Shown: positions 31,911 to 42,076, counted from the stretch's first letter. The stretch: 64,000 nt of DNA from a bacterium (GCA_965209155.1 OZ242383.1:2464001-2528000), one strand, 5' to 3'. Notes: a model not told the origin generated them from the sequence alone. Program-made: numbers and translations.

Positions 31911-32115
31911 GCTAAAGACTCCTGGCAGGGGGGCAACGATTTACGTAGTTAAGCAAAACATTACACTGAAAACCCGATGAAAGGAGGAAATGCCTATGGA
32001 ATAAAACCCGTTTTGAAAATCATGGGCGCGTGAGAGCGTCATTTTGTCATTTATTTTTTTAAAGAGTAGAAAAATCCCTAATGAATGGGCAACATACTTT
32101 GGAATCGCGCCTTTT

Positions 32116-32455
32116 CTTGGGAACACCATCGTACCTGCTGAGGTGGGGGACGAGGCTATGAAAGACTGGAAGACTCATGTGGGGCTGGGGACAGGCCCGT
32201 TTCATCTCGAGGACGTCGTGGAAGGCAGCTATGTATCTTACGTAAGGAATCCCAATTACTGGGACAGTTACGTATTCAATGACAAGAAATACGAGATTCC
32301 GTTTATCGACCGCCTGGTAAAAACTCTAATACAGGATAAATCCTCCCAGGTCGCTGCGTTACGAACAGGGAAGATTGACGTGTATGATGCACTCGAAAAA
32401 AAGTTCGTCGACTCGGTAAAAAGATCGGCTCCTGAAATAAAGATTAAAGAGAGAA
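32116..32455 (+). pseudogene. Internal fragment of the family-5 substrate-binding protein gene
   Basis: Near-identical to ~15418-15757; lacks signal peptide and C-terminal half. Confidence 0.9.
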
Positions 32456-32520
32456 ATGAGGAATCTCTCGCTCAATCCCAGGAATTATCGGGGAGCTGAA
32501 GCCGTGAGCGAGGCTTCGTA

Positions 32521-32958
32521 AGTGTGAATAGGGGGAGGTTTATGTTTTGAAAAATAAATTAATGTAAACGTTAAGATATAACAGGGTGAAAAACTGTGGA
32601 AAAAGTAAAGTGGGGGATCATCGGTACAGGAACCATTGCCCAAGCTTTTTCGCAAGGAATCATGCAATCGCAAACCAGTGTCTTGACTGCCGTTGCAAGC
32701 CGAAGCAATACGAAAGCAATCGCTTTCGTTGAAAAAACAAATGCCCCCAAACAAAAGCCTATGGAAATTATGATGCCTTGTTAGCTGACTCGGAGGTGGA
32801 AGCGGTCTACATTATCGCTTTAGCCTACGTCTTAAGTCAACCTATTGAAGCCTTTGCCTTGATTGGACCTCGTTTCATTTCTGAAACTGCCAGTTCTTTT
32901 GAAAGCTTGAAAATCCAACTAAGCCCTTCAGAGTTAAAGTGGCTGAATTTAGAGCAAA
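32521..32958 (+). pseudogene. Last ~30 bp of the SDR gene plus Gfo/Idh/MocA-AKR gene with frameshift and large internal deletion
   Basis: 32521-32813 matches ~18406-18700, then jumps to sequence matching 20357-20500. Confidence 0.9.
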
Positions 32959-33095
32959 ACGTGAGACCAAGTTGAAAACAGTGGTAAGACAATGAGCAGA
33001 CAGAAGAATTGAGAGGCTCATGAAAGAGATGCGGAGATGATCTCCCTGATTATTGATTATTTTTTACGAATTCCGCATTTTTTTTTATTTGAGGG

Positions 33096-33124
33096 TTGAC
33101 ATTGCGAAGCATTGTGGCTAAAAC
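33096..33124 (+). promoter_or_regulatory. Putative sigma70 promoter for the second SBP cluster
   Basis: TTGACA - 17 bp - TAAAAC. Confidence 0.4.
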
Positions 33125-33260
33125 GTGCTTTCACTAGGTTGTTTTAGTGAAAGAAGAGGGTTTCCGATCGATGGAACAATATCGTGGGAGGACTTGAAAC
33201 CGATCGATTGTCCCGGAAATTTTTATTAATGATTTTCAACTGCTTCAATTGGAGATAATT

Positions 33261-35021
33261 ATGAAAAAGATCAGGAAAAGAATAAAAAAATGGATGCGGG
33301 TTGGTGTGTTGGCAGCGATCGTCCTGGGGATGGGTCCGCTGGCTTCAGCCCAGGAAATGGTGGAAGACCCGGCTACCGGAATGATGGTGAGCAAGCCGGT
33401 CTATGGAGGAACCATCACCACGATGTTGTCTGCGGACATTCCGTACTGGGACACCTATCAAGGTTCCCTGGCAACCTTGATCACTTCCTACGTTTACGAA
33501 AAGTTAGCCTATGGCGATTGGGCGGCAGATCGCTCGGTGTTCCCTTTCACCAGTGACTACATTCCCTTCGATTCCTACCGGGGCCACCTGGCAGAGAGCT
33601 GGGAGCAGACTTCTCCCACGACCTTTACCGTCAAAATGCGCCAGGGGGTGCATTGGCAAAATAAAGCGCCTATGAATGGCCGGGAGTTGGTGGCGCAGGA
33701 CGTTGAGTTCAGCTATCACCGCATGACCGGTCTGGGCAGTGGTTTCACCGAGGCCAGCGGCACCGCCCCCACCTTTACCGGGATTCCCTGGAAATCGATC
33801 ACGGCCACCGATAATTACACCCTGGAGGTGGAACTCGAGGAAATCAACCTGGCCGCCTTGGGCGTTTTTCTCACCGAGAGTTACGAAGCGAGCTGGGTCC
33901 ATCCTCCCGAAGTGATCAAGGAGCACGGGGACCTGAGTGATTGGAAAAACTGGGTCGGGACGGGACCCTGGATGATCGAGGAGCATGTCAAGGACAGCCA
34001 TATCACCCTCAACAAGAACCCCGATTATTGGGCCCATGATGAAAAGTATCCGGAGCATAAGCTCCCTTATGCGGATTCCGTCGTTATTCGTTTCATTCCG
34101 GACCCTGCCACCCAGATCTCAGCGCTGCGTACCGGGAAGGTGGACCACCATTGGTTGGGCCTCAGCAGCACCCAGGTGGATGACCTGGAGGAAACGAATC
34201 CGGAAATCATCGTGCAAACAGTCGTCGCTTTTTCGGAAGCAGCCGGGTTGCGCCTGGATTTTGAACCGTTTAAGGACATCCGGGTGCGCAAGGCCATGCA
34301 ATTGGCCATTGACCTCGAGGCGATCAACGACAACCTCTATGGCGGCTTGGGAGATCCGAAACCCCAGGGCTCGATCGATGAAGTCGTCACCGGTTACTAT
34401 TACCCCTATGAGGAGTGGCCCCAGTGGTTGCGGGACGAGTATACCTACAACCCGGAGAAGGCCAGACAACTGATGGAGGAAGCCGGTTATCCCGATGGGT
34501 TTGAGGTGACCTACGATTTCACCAGTGAGAAAAACCCCTTCTTCGGCAATTCGGAGCTGTCGCAAATCCTGGCCGCCTACTGGAGTCAAATCGGGATCAA
34601 AACCAAGCTCAACCCGGTGGACACGGCTGCCTTCATGGCTGCCGTGAACAGCAAATCCTTCAGTCCGATACGGCATCAAGGATATACCTTCTTGTATCAA
34701 CCGGTGGGTATCCTGAATATCCATCACGTGGAAATCAGTCAATGGACCGTCAGTATGGCCGGCAAGGGGTCGCGGGATTTATATCCCGAGTATCATCTCC
34801 TGGTGGAGATGGCCGGGGCGGCCAAGACGATCGAAGAGCAAAAATTTATCGTCAGGGCTGCTGATAAGTATTCCGTCGAGCAGCATTGGATGGTCTGGGT
34901 GCCCCAGTTTCCCGATTTTGTGGCCTATCAACCCTGGCTCAAGGGCTTCAACGGAGAACGGCAACTCGGTGGCGGGTCCTTCGGAGCCTTTTCCAGCCGG
35001 GTTTGGGTCGATAAAAATTGA
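33261..35021 (+). CDS. ABC transporter substrate-binding protein, family 5
   Basis: Signal peptide ending ASA; KPVYGGTIT, LAESWEQ, GRELVAQDV, GTGPW, KNPDYW, ALRTGKVD, PFKDIRVRKAMQLAID. Confidence 0.92.
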   Translation: MKKIRKRIKKWMRVGVLAAIVLGMGPLASAQEMVEDPATGMMVSKPVYGGTITTMLSADIPYWDTYQGSLATLITSYVYEKLAYGDWAADRSVFPFTSDYIPFDSYRGHLAESWEQTSPTTFTVKMRQGVHWQNKAPMNGRELVAQDVEFSYHRMTGLGSGFTEASGTAPTFTGIPWKSITATDNYTLEVELEEINLAALGVFLTESYEASWVHPPEVIKEHGDLSDWKNWVGTGPWMIEEHVKDSHITLNKNPDYWAHDEKYPEHKLPYADSVVIRFIPDPATQISALRTGKVDHHWLGLSSTQVDDLEETNPEIIVQTVVAFSEAAGLRLDFEPFKDIRVRKAMQLAIDLEAINDNLYGGLGDPKPQGSIDEVVTGYYYPYEEWPQWLRDEYTYNPEKARQLMEEAGYPDGFEVTYDFTSEKNPFFGNSELSQILAAYWSQIGIKTKLNPVDTAAFMAAVNSKSFSPIRHQGYTFLYQPVGILNIHHVEISQWTVSMAGKGSRDLYPEYHLLVEMAGAAKTIEEQKFIVRAADKYSVEQHWMVWVPQFPDFVAYQPWLKGFNGERQLGGGSFGAFSSRVWVDKN

Positions 35022-35030
35022 TAGAATCAA

Positions 35031-35192
35031 CGTGAATCAGGAGTTAAAATACGTGTCATTCCTGGCTTGACCAGGAATCCAGGGGGAAGTGGGCAATATT
35101 TAGGATGCCGGATCATCTTGGTCCCGGACCTACATGACACATCATAAATTTTAAATTTTGATTTTATCAATTAAATTTCAACTCTTGATTCG
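35031..35192. mobile_element. MITE-like element (family B) with internal REP-like hairpin
   Basis: CGTGAATCAGGAGTT ... AACTCTTGATTCGC ends; internal GTCATTCCTGGCTTGACCAGGAATCCAG. Confidence 0.7.
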
Positions 35193-35356
35193 CTTAGAAT
35201 CAAAAACGTGACTTTGCGCAGTAAAAGGTTCCCTTGATCTTCGTGGGAACCTGGAAAATGGACGATCGAGGCGGGTCGAATAGAGCGCTCCTGCGCAAAG
35301 CGCGGCGCGCAACGATTGGAACGATAAAATACGAACTACCAAATTAGGAGAAAATT

Positions 35357-36304
35357 ATGAATATTGCTGGTTTGGGCAAGTCCCCCAATGCGGATGCGTT
35401 GGTAGAGGACATCTATAAATATGGATTGGAACGTCACATTGTGGAGTTGGATGCCTATGGCTTTACCCTCGTCCCCCCGGAGACGCTCCGCAGCCGGGAA
35501 GGATTCGTGGACGATTTGCGGGACGCGATCCTGCATGTCAGTGAGCGGCGCAACAACGTCCAATATGGCGACTATCGCACGGCAACGGAAGCCGTCGATT
35601 TCAATTCGAACAACTGGTGGCTTCTGGAAGAGGATGATGTCTTTGTGGAATCGATGTTGAATCCGGTGGTCCTGACCCTGGCCCGTTGGATGTGCGGCCG
35701 AAGCGCCGTCCTGACCGGGACCGCCTCGATCATCAAACCGCCGAAGCCTGCGGATGTGGAAAACACGGGCGATTATGACGACGTTTTCAAACACAGTCAC
35801 CTACCGCTTCACAATGACACCCATGCTTTTCCTCCTCCCTTGCCGGAGATGTGCCACTGGGTCAATACCAGTTGGATCCTGACCGATTACGCCACCCCGG
35901 AAGACGGCCCCACCGTCCTGGTGCCGGGGAGTCACCGCTTCGGGCGCGTGCCCCTCGACCACGAGACCAATTGGTGGGAGGAAACGAATCCTTACGAGGC
36001 AATACCTTTGCAGGCTCCCGCCGGTTCGCTCGCAGTGTGGCATGGATTCACCTGGCATGGGGCCATGATGCGCACCAAACCCGGGCTGCGGGTCAGCCTG
36101 GTGCTGGTTTGGGCCCGGGCCTTCATCAAACCGATCAACCAGTGGCGGGAAGACGGCATCTCCCCCGAACTGTTCGAACGCTATCCCGAACTGCATACCG
36201 CCCTCGGAATGGATTCGTTGTATCCTTCTCCGAAGAGTGGCGAGGCCCCGCTCATGGAACGGGTCCAACCCTTCATGCGGATCGGTCAGGACAAGTATGC
36301 CTGA
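35357..36304 (+). CDS. PhyH-like Fe(II)/2-oxoglutarate dioxygenase
   Basis: LHND (HxD), DGPTVLVPGSH, APAGSLAVWHGFTWHGA, PGLR. Confidence 0.88.
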   Translation: MNIAGLGKSPNADALVEDIYKYGLERHIVELDAYGFTLVPPETLRSREGFVDDLRDAILHVSERRNNVQYGDYRTATEAVDFNSNNWWLLEEDDVFVESMLNPVVLTLARWMCGRSAVLTGTASIIKPPKPADVENTGDYDDVFKHSHLPLHNDTHAFPPPLPEMCHWVNTSWILTDYATPEDGPTVLVPGSHRFGRVPLDHETNWWEETNPYEAIPLQAPAGSLAVWHGFTWHGAMMRTKPGLRVSLVLVWARAFIKPINQWREDGISPELFERYPELHTALGMDSLYPSPKSGEAPLMERVQPFMRIGQDKYA

Positions 36305-36381
36305 TTGGGACCGGGAGAAGGCGGAAGGGGATCATCAGGAAACGCCTTCTCCTCGCCCAGTGGCACCGCCTTTGAAATCAA

Positions 36382-37350
36382 ATGCGTACTTATATCATCC
36401 GACGATTATTGCTCATCATCCCCACCTTGTTGATTGTGACGATACTCGTCTTTTTCAGCATCCATTTCATTCCCGGCGACGTCATCGACATCATGATGGG
36501 TTCGACCGTCTCGCCCCAAGTGGGGGAGGCCGGAGTGACCCGGGAGTGGCTGGAGAAGAAGCTCGGCTTGGATGTCCCGATTCATGTTCAGTATAGCCGG
36601 TGGTTGGGGAAGATTCTCCTGCAAGGCGACCTGGGGACCACCCTCGTGTCGGAGGAACCCGTTTGGGAAAACTTCATCCGTCCGAGAATTCCGATATCCC
36701 TGGAACTGGGTTTCATCGCCCTGCTGATCCTCTTGCTCCTGGCGATTCCAATCGGTACCTATTCCGCGATACGGCAAAATACGCTCGGGGATTATGCAGG
36801 GCGCAGTCTGTCCATCTTCATGCTCTCCGTCCCGGAATTCTGGATAGCGACCATCGTCCTGGTTTATCCCGCCATCTATTTTGGCTGGTCACCCCCTATG
36901 CAATACGTTCCCTTTTTTGAAAACCCGCAGGAAAACCTGCTGATGTTCATCGTCCCTGCCGCGATTCTCGGCGCGGTGCATTCCGGTCCCCTGATGCGCC
37001 TGGTGCGGACGCTCGTGCTCGAAGTGCTCCGCCAGGACTACGTGCGCACTGCCTGGTCCAAGGGCTTGTCCGAGCGGATCGTGATTCTGAAACATGTCTT
37101 GAAGAATGCCATGATTCCGGTCCTCACCGTCATCGGGCTGCAAATTCCCTACTTGATCGGGGGGGCCGTTATCTTGGAGCAGATTTTTTTGCTCCCGGGA
37201 GTGGGCCGTCTCATCGTACAGGCGCTCCTGGATCGCGATTATGCCATTGTCGCCGGGGCCAACCTGGTGGTGGCGACAATGGTCGTGTTCATCAACCTGG
37301 CAGTCGACCTGACCTATGGCTACCTGGATCCCAGGATCCGGTATGGATAG
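36382..37350 (+). CDS. Peptide/nickel ABC transporter permease (DppB/OppB-like)
   Basis: YIIRRLL, LGLD.P..VQY..W, QDYVRTAWSKGL, KHVLKNAMIP, DLTYGYLDPRIR. Confidence 0.93.
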   Translation: MRTYIIRRLLLIIPTLLIVTILVFFSIHFIPGDVIDIMMGSTVSPQVGEAGVTREWLEKKLGLDVPIHVQYSRWLGKILLQGDLGTTLVSEEPVWENFIRPRIPISLELGFIALLILLLLAIPIGTYSAIRQNTLGDYAGRSLSIFMLSVPEFWIATIVLVYPAIYFGWSPPMQYVPFFENPQENLLMFIVPAAILGAVHSGPLMRLVRTLVLEVLRQDYVRTAWSKGLSERIVILKHVLKNAMIPVLTVIGLQIPYLIGGAVILEQIFLLPGVGRLIVQALLDRDYAIVAGANLVVATMVVFINLAVDLTYGYLDPRIRYG

Positions 37351-37351
37351 G

Positions 37352-37443
37352 AAAGGGGTCAGGCTTGAAAGTTTGGAAAATGTGGTTTTTGAGAGAGATG
37401 ATTGATGATCGTGTAATATTCCAAACTTTCAAGCCTGACCCCT
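37352..37443. mobile_element. ~95-bp palindromic MITE-like element (family A)
   Basis: AGGGGTCAGGCTTGAAAGTTTGGAA ... TTCCAAACTTTCAAGCCTGACCCCT. Confidence 0.85.
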
Positions 37444-37456
37444 ATCCAAACAAAGG

Positions 37457-37505
37457 AGAGTCGTGCAGGAACCGACAACTGACAACTGACAACTGACAAC
37501 CGCTA
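37457..37505 (+). repeat. Core plus heptamer (GACAACT) array just upstream of the DppC-like start
   Basis: AGGAGAGTCGTGCAGGAAC followed by CGACAACTGACAACTGACAACTGACAAC. Confidence 0.8.
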
Positions 37506-37511
37506 ATTGAA

Positions 37512-38456
37512 ATGACGCAATCTAAAACAGGGACGACGGCTCCGGCTGCGCCTGCCCGGAGGTCTCCCCTCTCGAATTTCTTTTATAGACTGGTCAGGGA
37601 GCAGCCCCTCGGGTTGATTGGGGGATTGATCGTCTTGCTCCTGCTCCTGGTGGGGATCTTTGCCAATCAACTGGCGCAGTATGGGGAAAATGAAATCGAC
37701 CTCTATGCCCGTTTGAAACCGCCCCATGCCGAGCATTGGCTGGGGACCGATAATTTAGGACGAGACCTCTACACGCGCATCGTCTACGGGGCGCGCATAT
37801 CCCTGGTGATCGGAGTCTCCGCGACGGCGGTTTCCCTCCTGGTCGCCTTGGTGATCGGCGGATTGAGCGGCTTTATCGGGGGGAAAACGGACTTGATCGT
37901 GCAGCGATTCGTGGACGCCTGGGTGGCTTTCCCGGTGTTGCTGATCCTGTTGACGGCAATGTCCATGCTCGGCAATGGTCAGTTGCAGATCATTATTGTG
38001 GTGGGAGTTACTTTTGGCGTCGGGGGCTCCCGCATCGTGCGCAGCACGGTGATTGGTTTGAAGGAGAACACCTACATCGAGGCCGCCCGGGCCACCGGGA
38101 CGCCGCTCCCCCGCATCCTGCTCCGGCACGTCCTGCCCAATATCATGCCCCCTCTGATCGTTATCTACACCGTGACGCTCGGCGGCGTAATCCTGACCGA
38201 AGCGGCGCTCAGTTTTCTCGGATTCGGACTGCCTCCCGATCGAGCGAGCTGGGGTGGGATGCTCAGCAACGAGGGAAGGCAGTATATGGAAAAAGCTCCG
38301 CACCTGGCCCTTTGGCCGGGTCTCAGCCTGGTCATAGTCGTTTTCGGAGTCAACCTCTTCGGTGATGCCTTGCGTGACCTGCTCGACCCCCGCTTGCGAG
38401 GCGGCGCGGGTCGTTACGGAGGCAAGCCCAAAATCAAGCGAAAACGAGGGCGCTAA
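37512..38456 (+). CDS. Peptide/nickel ABC transporter permease (DppC/OppC-like)
   Basis: HWLGTDNLGRDLYTRIVYGARISL, YIEAARATG, RHVLPN, EAALSFLGFG, GDALRDLLDPR. Confidence 0.93.
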   Translation: MTQSKTGTTAPAAPARRSPLSNFFYRLVREQPLGLIGGLIVLLLLLVGIFANQLAQYGENEIDLYARLKPPHAEHWLGTDNLGRDLYTRIVYGARISLVIGVSATAVSLLVALVIGGLSGFIGGKTDLIVQRFVDAWVAFPVLLILLTAMSMLGNGQLQIIIVVGVTFGVGGSRIVRSTVIGLKENTYIEAARATGTPLPRILLRHVLPNIMPPLIVIYTVTLGGVILTEAALSFLGFGLPPDRASWGGMLSNEGRQYMEKAPHLALWPGLSLVIVVFGVNLFGDALRDLLDPRLRGGAGRYGGKPKIKRKRGR

Positions 38457-38482
38457 AACCGCCCCCTCGTCTTGACTGCGCA

Positions 38483-40105
38483 CTATCCCGCACGCTGCTG
38501 ATTGGCTTCGGCAAGTGAAAAGCCCGTGTAATTCACGCTTTTCAGCTCCGTGTATTCGTGCAAGCCACCAATCCCGAGCTCCCGTCCAACGCCTGAGCAA
38601 CCAAAGCCACCCCGTGAGACTGCCGGGTGCTCGGCCAGTAAGCCTTCACCCGTGGAGGTGGCATAGACCGCCCCCGCGCGGATGCGGTTGGCAACCCGCA
38701 TGGCCTTGGCCGGGTCGGAGGACATGACCGTTGAGGCCAGTCCGAAAGCGGTGGAGTTCGCTTCGAGCACCGCTTCTTGCTCAGTCGAGAATGAGCGCAC
38801 CGAAAGAACGGGACCAAAGACCTCTTTTTGCCAGACGTCGGCATCGCGCGGCACGCCGGTCAGCACCGTCGGCTGAATGTAGTACCCCCCTTCGGTTCCA
38901 ACACCTGCATCATCCGGAATGCCGCCCCCCGTGAGGACCTCGACTCCCGCCGCCTTCGCTTCATCGAGAAATCCCAGGACCTTCTTGTGTTGCGATTCGC
39001 AAACCACGGGCTGTACCACGTCCGTCATTCCCGCCTCCCAGGCCCGGTCACCGCGGTCTTTCTCCGAGATCGGATCGTTACAGTATGGCAGCTTCTCGAG
39101 TTCCTCCTTCAGCCTGTCCAATAGAGGGGTCTCCAGCCCTTTCTGGACCACGAGACGTGTGTGCGCGGTGCAGATCTGCCCGCCATTGGTGAGAAATCCC
39201 TTCATTGTGGTCTCGACGGCACGATCGAGATCCGTGTCGTCAAATACCACCAACGCCGACTTGCCCCCCAACTCCAGCGCGCATTGAGAAAGCTTCGGAG
39301 CGCAGGCCTCCATAATCTTGCTACCCGTCAGTGACGAGCCTGTGAAAGAGATCATCGAAACCGAGGGGGAGGCTGCCAGGGCCGCACCCGCGTCGCGATC
39401 CCCGGTGACGACGCTGAAGACACCGGCTGGAATGCCGGCGTCCTGCGCGAGCTTGCCGATGAACATGCAAGAAAGTCCGGCGATCTCGGAAGGCTTCAGG
39501 ATGGCGCAGTTGCCGGCGACCAAGGCTGGGGCTACTTTGCGAAATGCCACGTTCAAAGGGTAGTTCCAAGCGGAAATCAAGCCAATCACGCCGATGGGGT
39601 CGCGCCGGTAGACCACGTCCCACTCTGCAGGCGGCACCCCGCCCTTCCCGCCACCCGAATTAACAGGCGTGTTCTGCTCCGCATCGAGAACCGCCCCGAG
39701 TGAGCACCAGTACTGGCCCTCGGCCGCACCGCCGCCGATGGCCATGGCTGCTTGACGGAAGGGCTTTCCGACGTCCGCGGCCTCGATCTCGGCCAGCATC
39801 TCGATGTTGTCCTTGATACCCTGTGCCATCCTGGCAACCATCTCGGCGCGCTCGGCCGCGGCCATGTTCGCCCACGTCCCCTCAGCCCAGGCCGCCTCTG
39901 CCGCCGCAATGGCGGCCTCGACGTCGTTGGCTCTACCTCTTGGGAATTCGTGTAAAAGCTCGCCCGTGGCAGGGTAAAACGTGGGGAACTTCTCGCCGTC
40001 AATCGGGTCGACGAACTCGCCGCCGATGTAGAGCTTATTGAAGCATTCGGCGGCAAGGTGGGTTTGGACCCTGGCTAAGGACGTCGTTTTGCTGTTTTGT
40101 TCCAT
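38483..40105 (-). CDS. Aldehyde dehydrogenase (aminoaldehyde/betaine-aldehyde-like)
   Basis: AWNYPL, LKPSE, FTGS, LELGGKS, GQIC catalytic Cys, EVFGPVL, SGVGRELG. Confidence 0.9.
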   Translation of the reverse strand: MEQNSKTTSLARVQTHLAAECFNKLYIGGEFVDPIDGEKFPTFYPATGELLHEFPRGRANDVEAAIAAAEAAWAEGTWANMAAAERAEMVARMAQGIKDNIEMLAEIEAADVGKPFRQAAMAIGGGAAEGQYWCSLGAVLDAEQNTPVNSGGGKGGVPPAEWDVVYRRDPIGVIGLISAWNYPLNVAFRKVAPALVAGNCAILKPSEIAGLSCMFIGKLAQDAGIPAGVFSVVTGDRDAGAALAASPSVSMISFTGSSLTGSKIMEACAPKLSQCALELGGKSALVVFDDTDLDRAVETTMKGFLTNGGQICTAHTRLVVQKGLETPLLDRLKEELEKLPYCNDPISEKDRGDRAWEAGMTDVVQPVVCESQHKKVLGFLDEAKAAGVEVLTGGGIPDDAGVGTEGGYYIQPTVLTGVPRDADVWQKEVFGPVLSVRSFSTEQEAVLEANSTAFGLASTVMSSDPAKAMRVANRIRAGAVYATSTGEGLLAEHPAVSRGGFGCSGVGRELGIGGLHEYTELKSVNYTGFSLAEANQQRAG

Positions 40106-40355
40106 TTTAACCTCTATATTTATATTTAGGATTCAAAAATCGATATTCACGCATATTAAAATATCAAAAAAACCGATCCATTGGCCCGGAATCGGGCAAT
40201 GAATCATCATATTTGGACTCATTGACCCGCGATTGAGCGATGAACCAGTTGACCGGAATACTTTGACACACTTCCCCTGCACCTGTCAATCCAAAAATCA
40301 ATTTATGAACTGAGACCAATATATTTAACTCATGTCAGGTGTATGGAACTTGCGG

Positions 40356-40920
40356 AAGAGAGGCACAAAGGCACAAAGGAAGAGAGGCACAAAGGAAGAG
40401 AGGCACAAAGGCACAAAGGCACAAAGGCACAAAGGCACAAAGGCACAAAGGCACAAAGGCACAAAGGAAGAGAGGCACAAAGGCACAAAGGTACAAAGGC
40501 ACAAAGGCACAAAGGCACAAAGGCACAAAGGCACAAAGGAAGAGAGGCACAAAGGCACAAAGGTACAAAGGCACAAAGGCACAAAGGCACAAAGGAAGAG
40601 AGGCACAAAGGCACAAAGGTACAAAGGCACAAAGGTACAAAGGTACAAAGGCGTCAAGGAGACGTGTGAAGGAACTGATAACCGATAACTGGCGCCACGG
40701 CGCCAAAGCATTCTGGATTCCTGGTCTGGGCCAGGAATGACATTTTTCCGGCCAGTCACAAAGACACCAAAGCACCAAGGAGACGCGTGAAGGAACTGCA
40801 TACCGATAACTGATAACTGAAAACCGATAACTGATAATTGATAACCGATAACTGGCGCCACGGCGCCAAAGCATTCTGGATTCCTGGTCTGGGCCAGGAA
40901 TGACATTTTTCCGGCCAGAC
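40356..40920 (+). repeat. Composite repeat: (AAAGGCAC)n array, conserved core, (GATAACT/C)n heptamers, and two REP-like hairpins
   Basis: Octamer array ~40356-40652; cores AAGGAGACG(T/C)GTGAAGGAACTG; ~40680-40753 duplicated at ~40845-40917. Confidence 0.92.
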
Positions 40921-41062
40921 GCCAAGGAGAAAAGATTTTTTGTTGCCTTCTATTTGGAAATGCGGTATCCTTTCCCTGTAGGTTTTCTACCTGTGGGCAG
41001 TGTTGGACTTTGTGAAAAAATTGATACTGCCCACTGAAATTTATTACTTTTATTCCAAGAGT

Positions 41063-41422
41063 GCGTGAATCAGGAGTTAAAAAACGTGTCATTCCTGGCC
41101 CAGACCAGGAATCCAGGATGACACATCATAATTAACCTGAGTTCGAGAAAAGAATTTAATAAATTCTATATTTTATGGAATCTTCATATCTTAAGAGAAA
41201 CCTTGTCATTCCTGCGAAAGCAGGAATCCAGAGGTATGCAGTCAAACTGAAATCCGGATCCCTGCTCCCTGCTCCCTGCTTTCGCAGGGACAAGTTGAGC
41301 AGGGACAAGTTTCGCGAGGTTGACATATACACCAGGATACTCCTTATTGAAGATTTATGTCGAACTCAGGTTAATCATTAAATTATTGATTTTATAAATT
41401 AAATTTCAACTCCTGATTCGCA
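41063..41422. mobile_element. Family B MITE-like element containing a nested family C element (41131-41375) and REP-like hairpins
   Basis: Outer GCGTGAATCAGGAGTT / AACTCCTGATTCGC; inner ATTAACCTGAGTTCGA / TCGAACTCAGGTTAAT; internal GTCATTCCTGCGAAAGCAGGAATCCAG. Confidence 0.75.
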
Positions 41423-41641
41423 TCGAGAGTGAGCGTTCAAAGCTCATCTCAGGGAAAAATCTATTTGAATTTTCAGAGGAATGCTTAATCCCGAAAGATT
41501 AAGCGAAGCAGAAGGATTCTGCGCACATCATTTTTGAGGAAATCCGTCGCAATGGGCAATCGTAGAGTGATAACGAATAGGTCGGAATCGCGTCTCTACT
41601 GATGAGATTTCACGGAGTTTCTCACAAGCAAAGGAGAAGAG

Positions 41642-42076
41642 ATGAATAAAAAACGATCGTGCCTGGATTGCGGCATTGATTTAAGTAAAGAACACCCCAC
41701 TCGCAAACGTTGCGTACCATGCGCGAATGAGCGGAGAAAAGCTTGCTATTGGGAACGTTACCATAACGAAATCAAAGTAAAGCGGGTACGGCTATGCCTG
41801 GGTTGTGGCATCGATATCAGCCAGACACACGGGAAAACCCGGCGGTGCAAAGCGTGTCATGCGGAACACGTGAAAGAGTATAACCGGAATTATCATATCA
41901 ACAACATAGAACGAGTCAAACAGCGTCGAGAAAAGAATCGAGAAAAAATCCGTGCAAAGGCGAAGGAATACTATCACCAAAACAAGGAAGCGATCAATGC
42001 CTATCGTAATGAATATTATCGCAAGCGACGAGCGGCACGACGAGCGGCACGACAAATAGAGTCAAAAGTGGCATGA
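41642..42076 (+). CDS. Small basic protein with two CxxCG...CxxC zinc-ribbon repeats and a helical Y-rich tail
   Basis: CLDCG..CVPC and CLGCG..CKAC; KEYYHQNKEAIN-like repeats; AAGGAG RBS. Confidence 0.7.
   Translation: MNKKRSCLDCGIDLSKEHPTRKRCVPCANERRKACYWERYHNEIKVKRVRLCLGCGIDISQTHGKTRRCKACHAEHVKEYNRNYHINNIERVKQRREKNREKIRAKAKEYYHQNKEAINAYRNEYYRKRRAARRAARQIESKVA

Noticed and set aside
40325..41092. Several long ORFs (LCAFVP / HKGTKAQR repeats), also at 56209-58306 and 62338-62622
   Set aside because: They are translations of the stop-free AAAGGCAC octamer arrays in all frames; no RBS or protein-like composition.
41595..41630. Hammerhead ribozyme suggested by CTGATGAG
   Set aside because: The required GAAA after stem II and a matching cleavage-site arrangement are absent.
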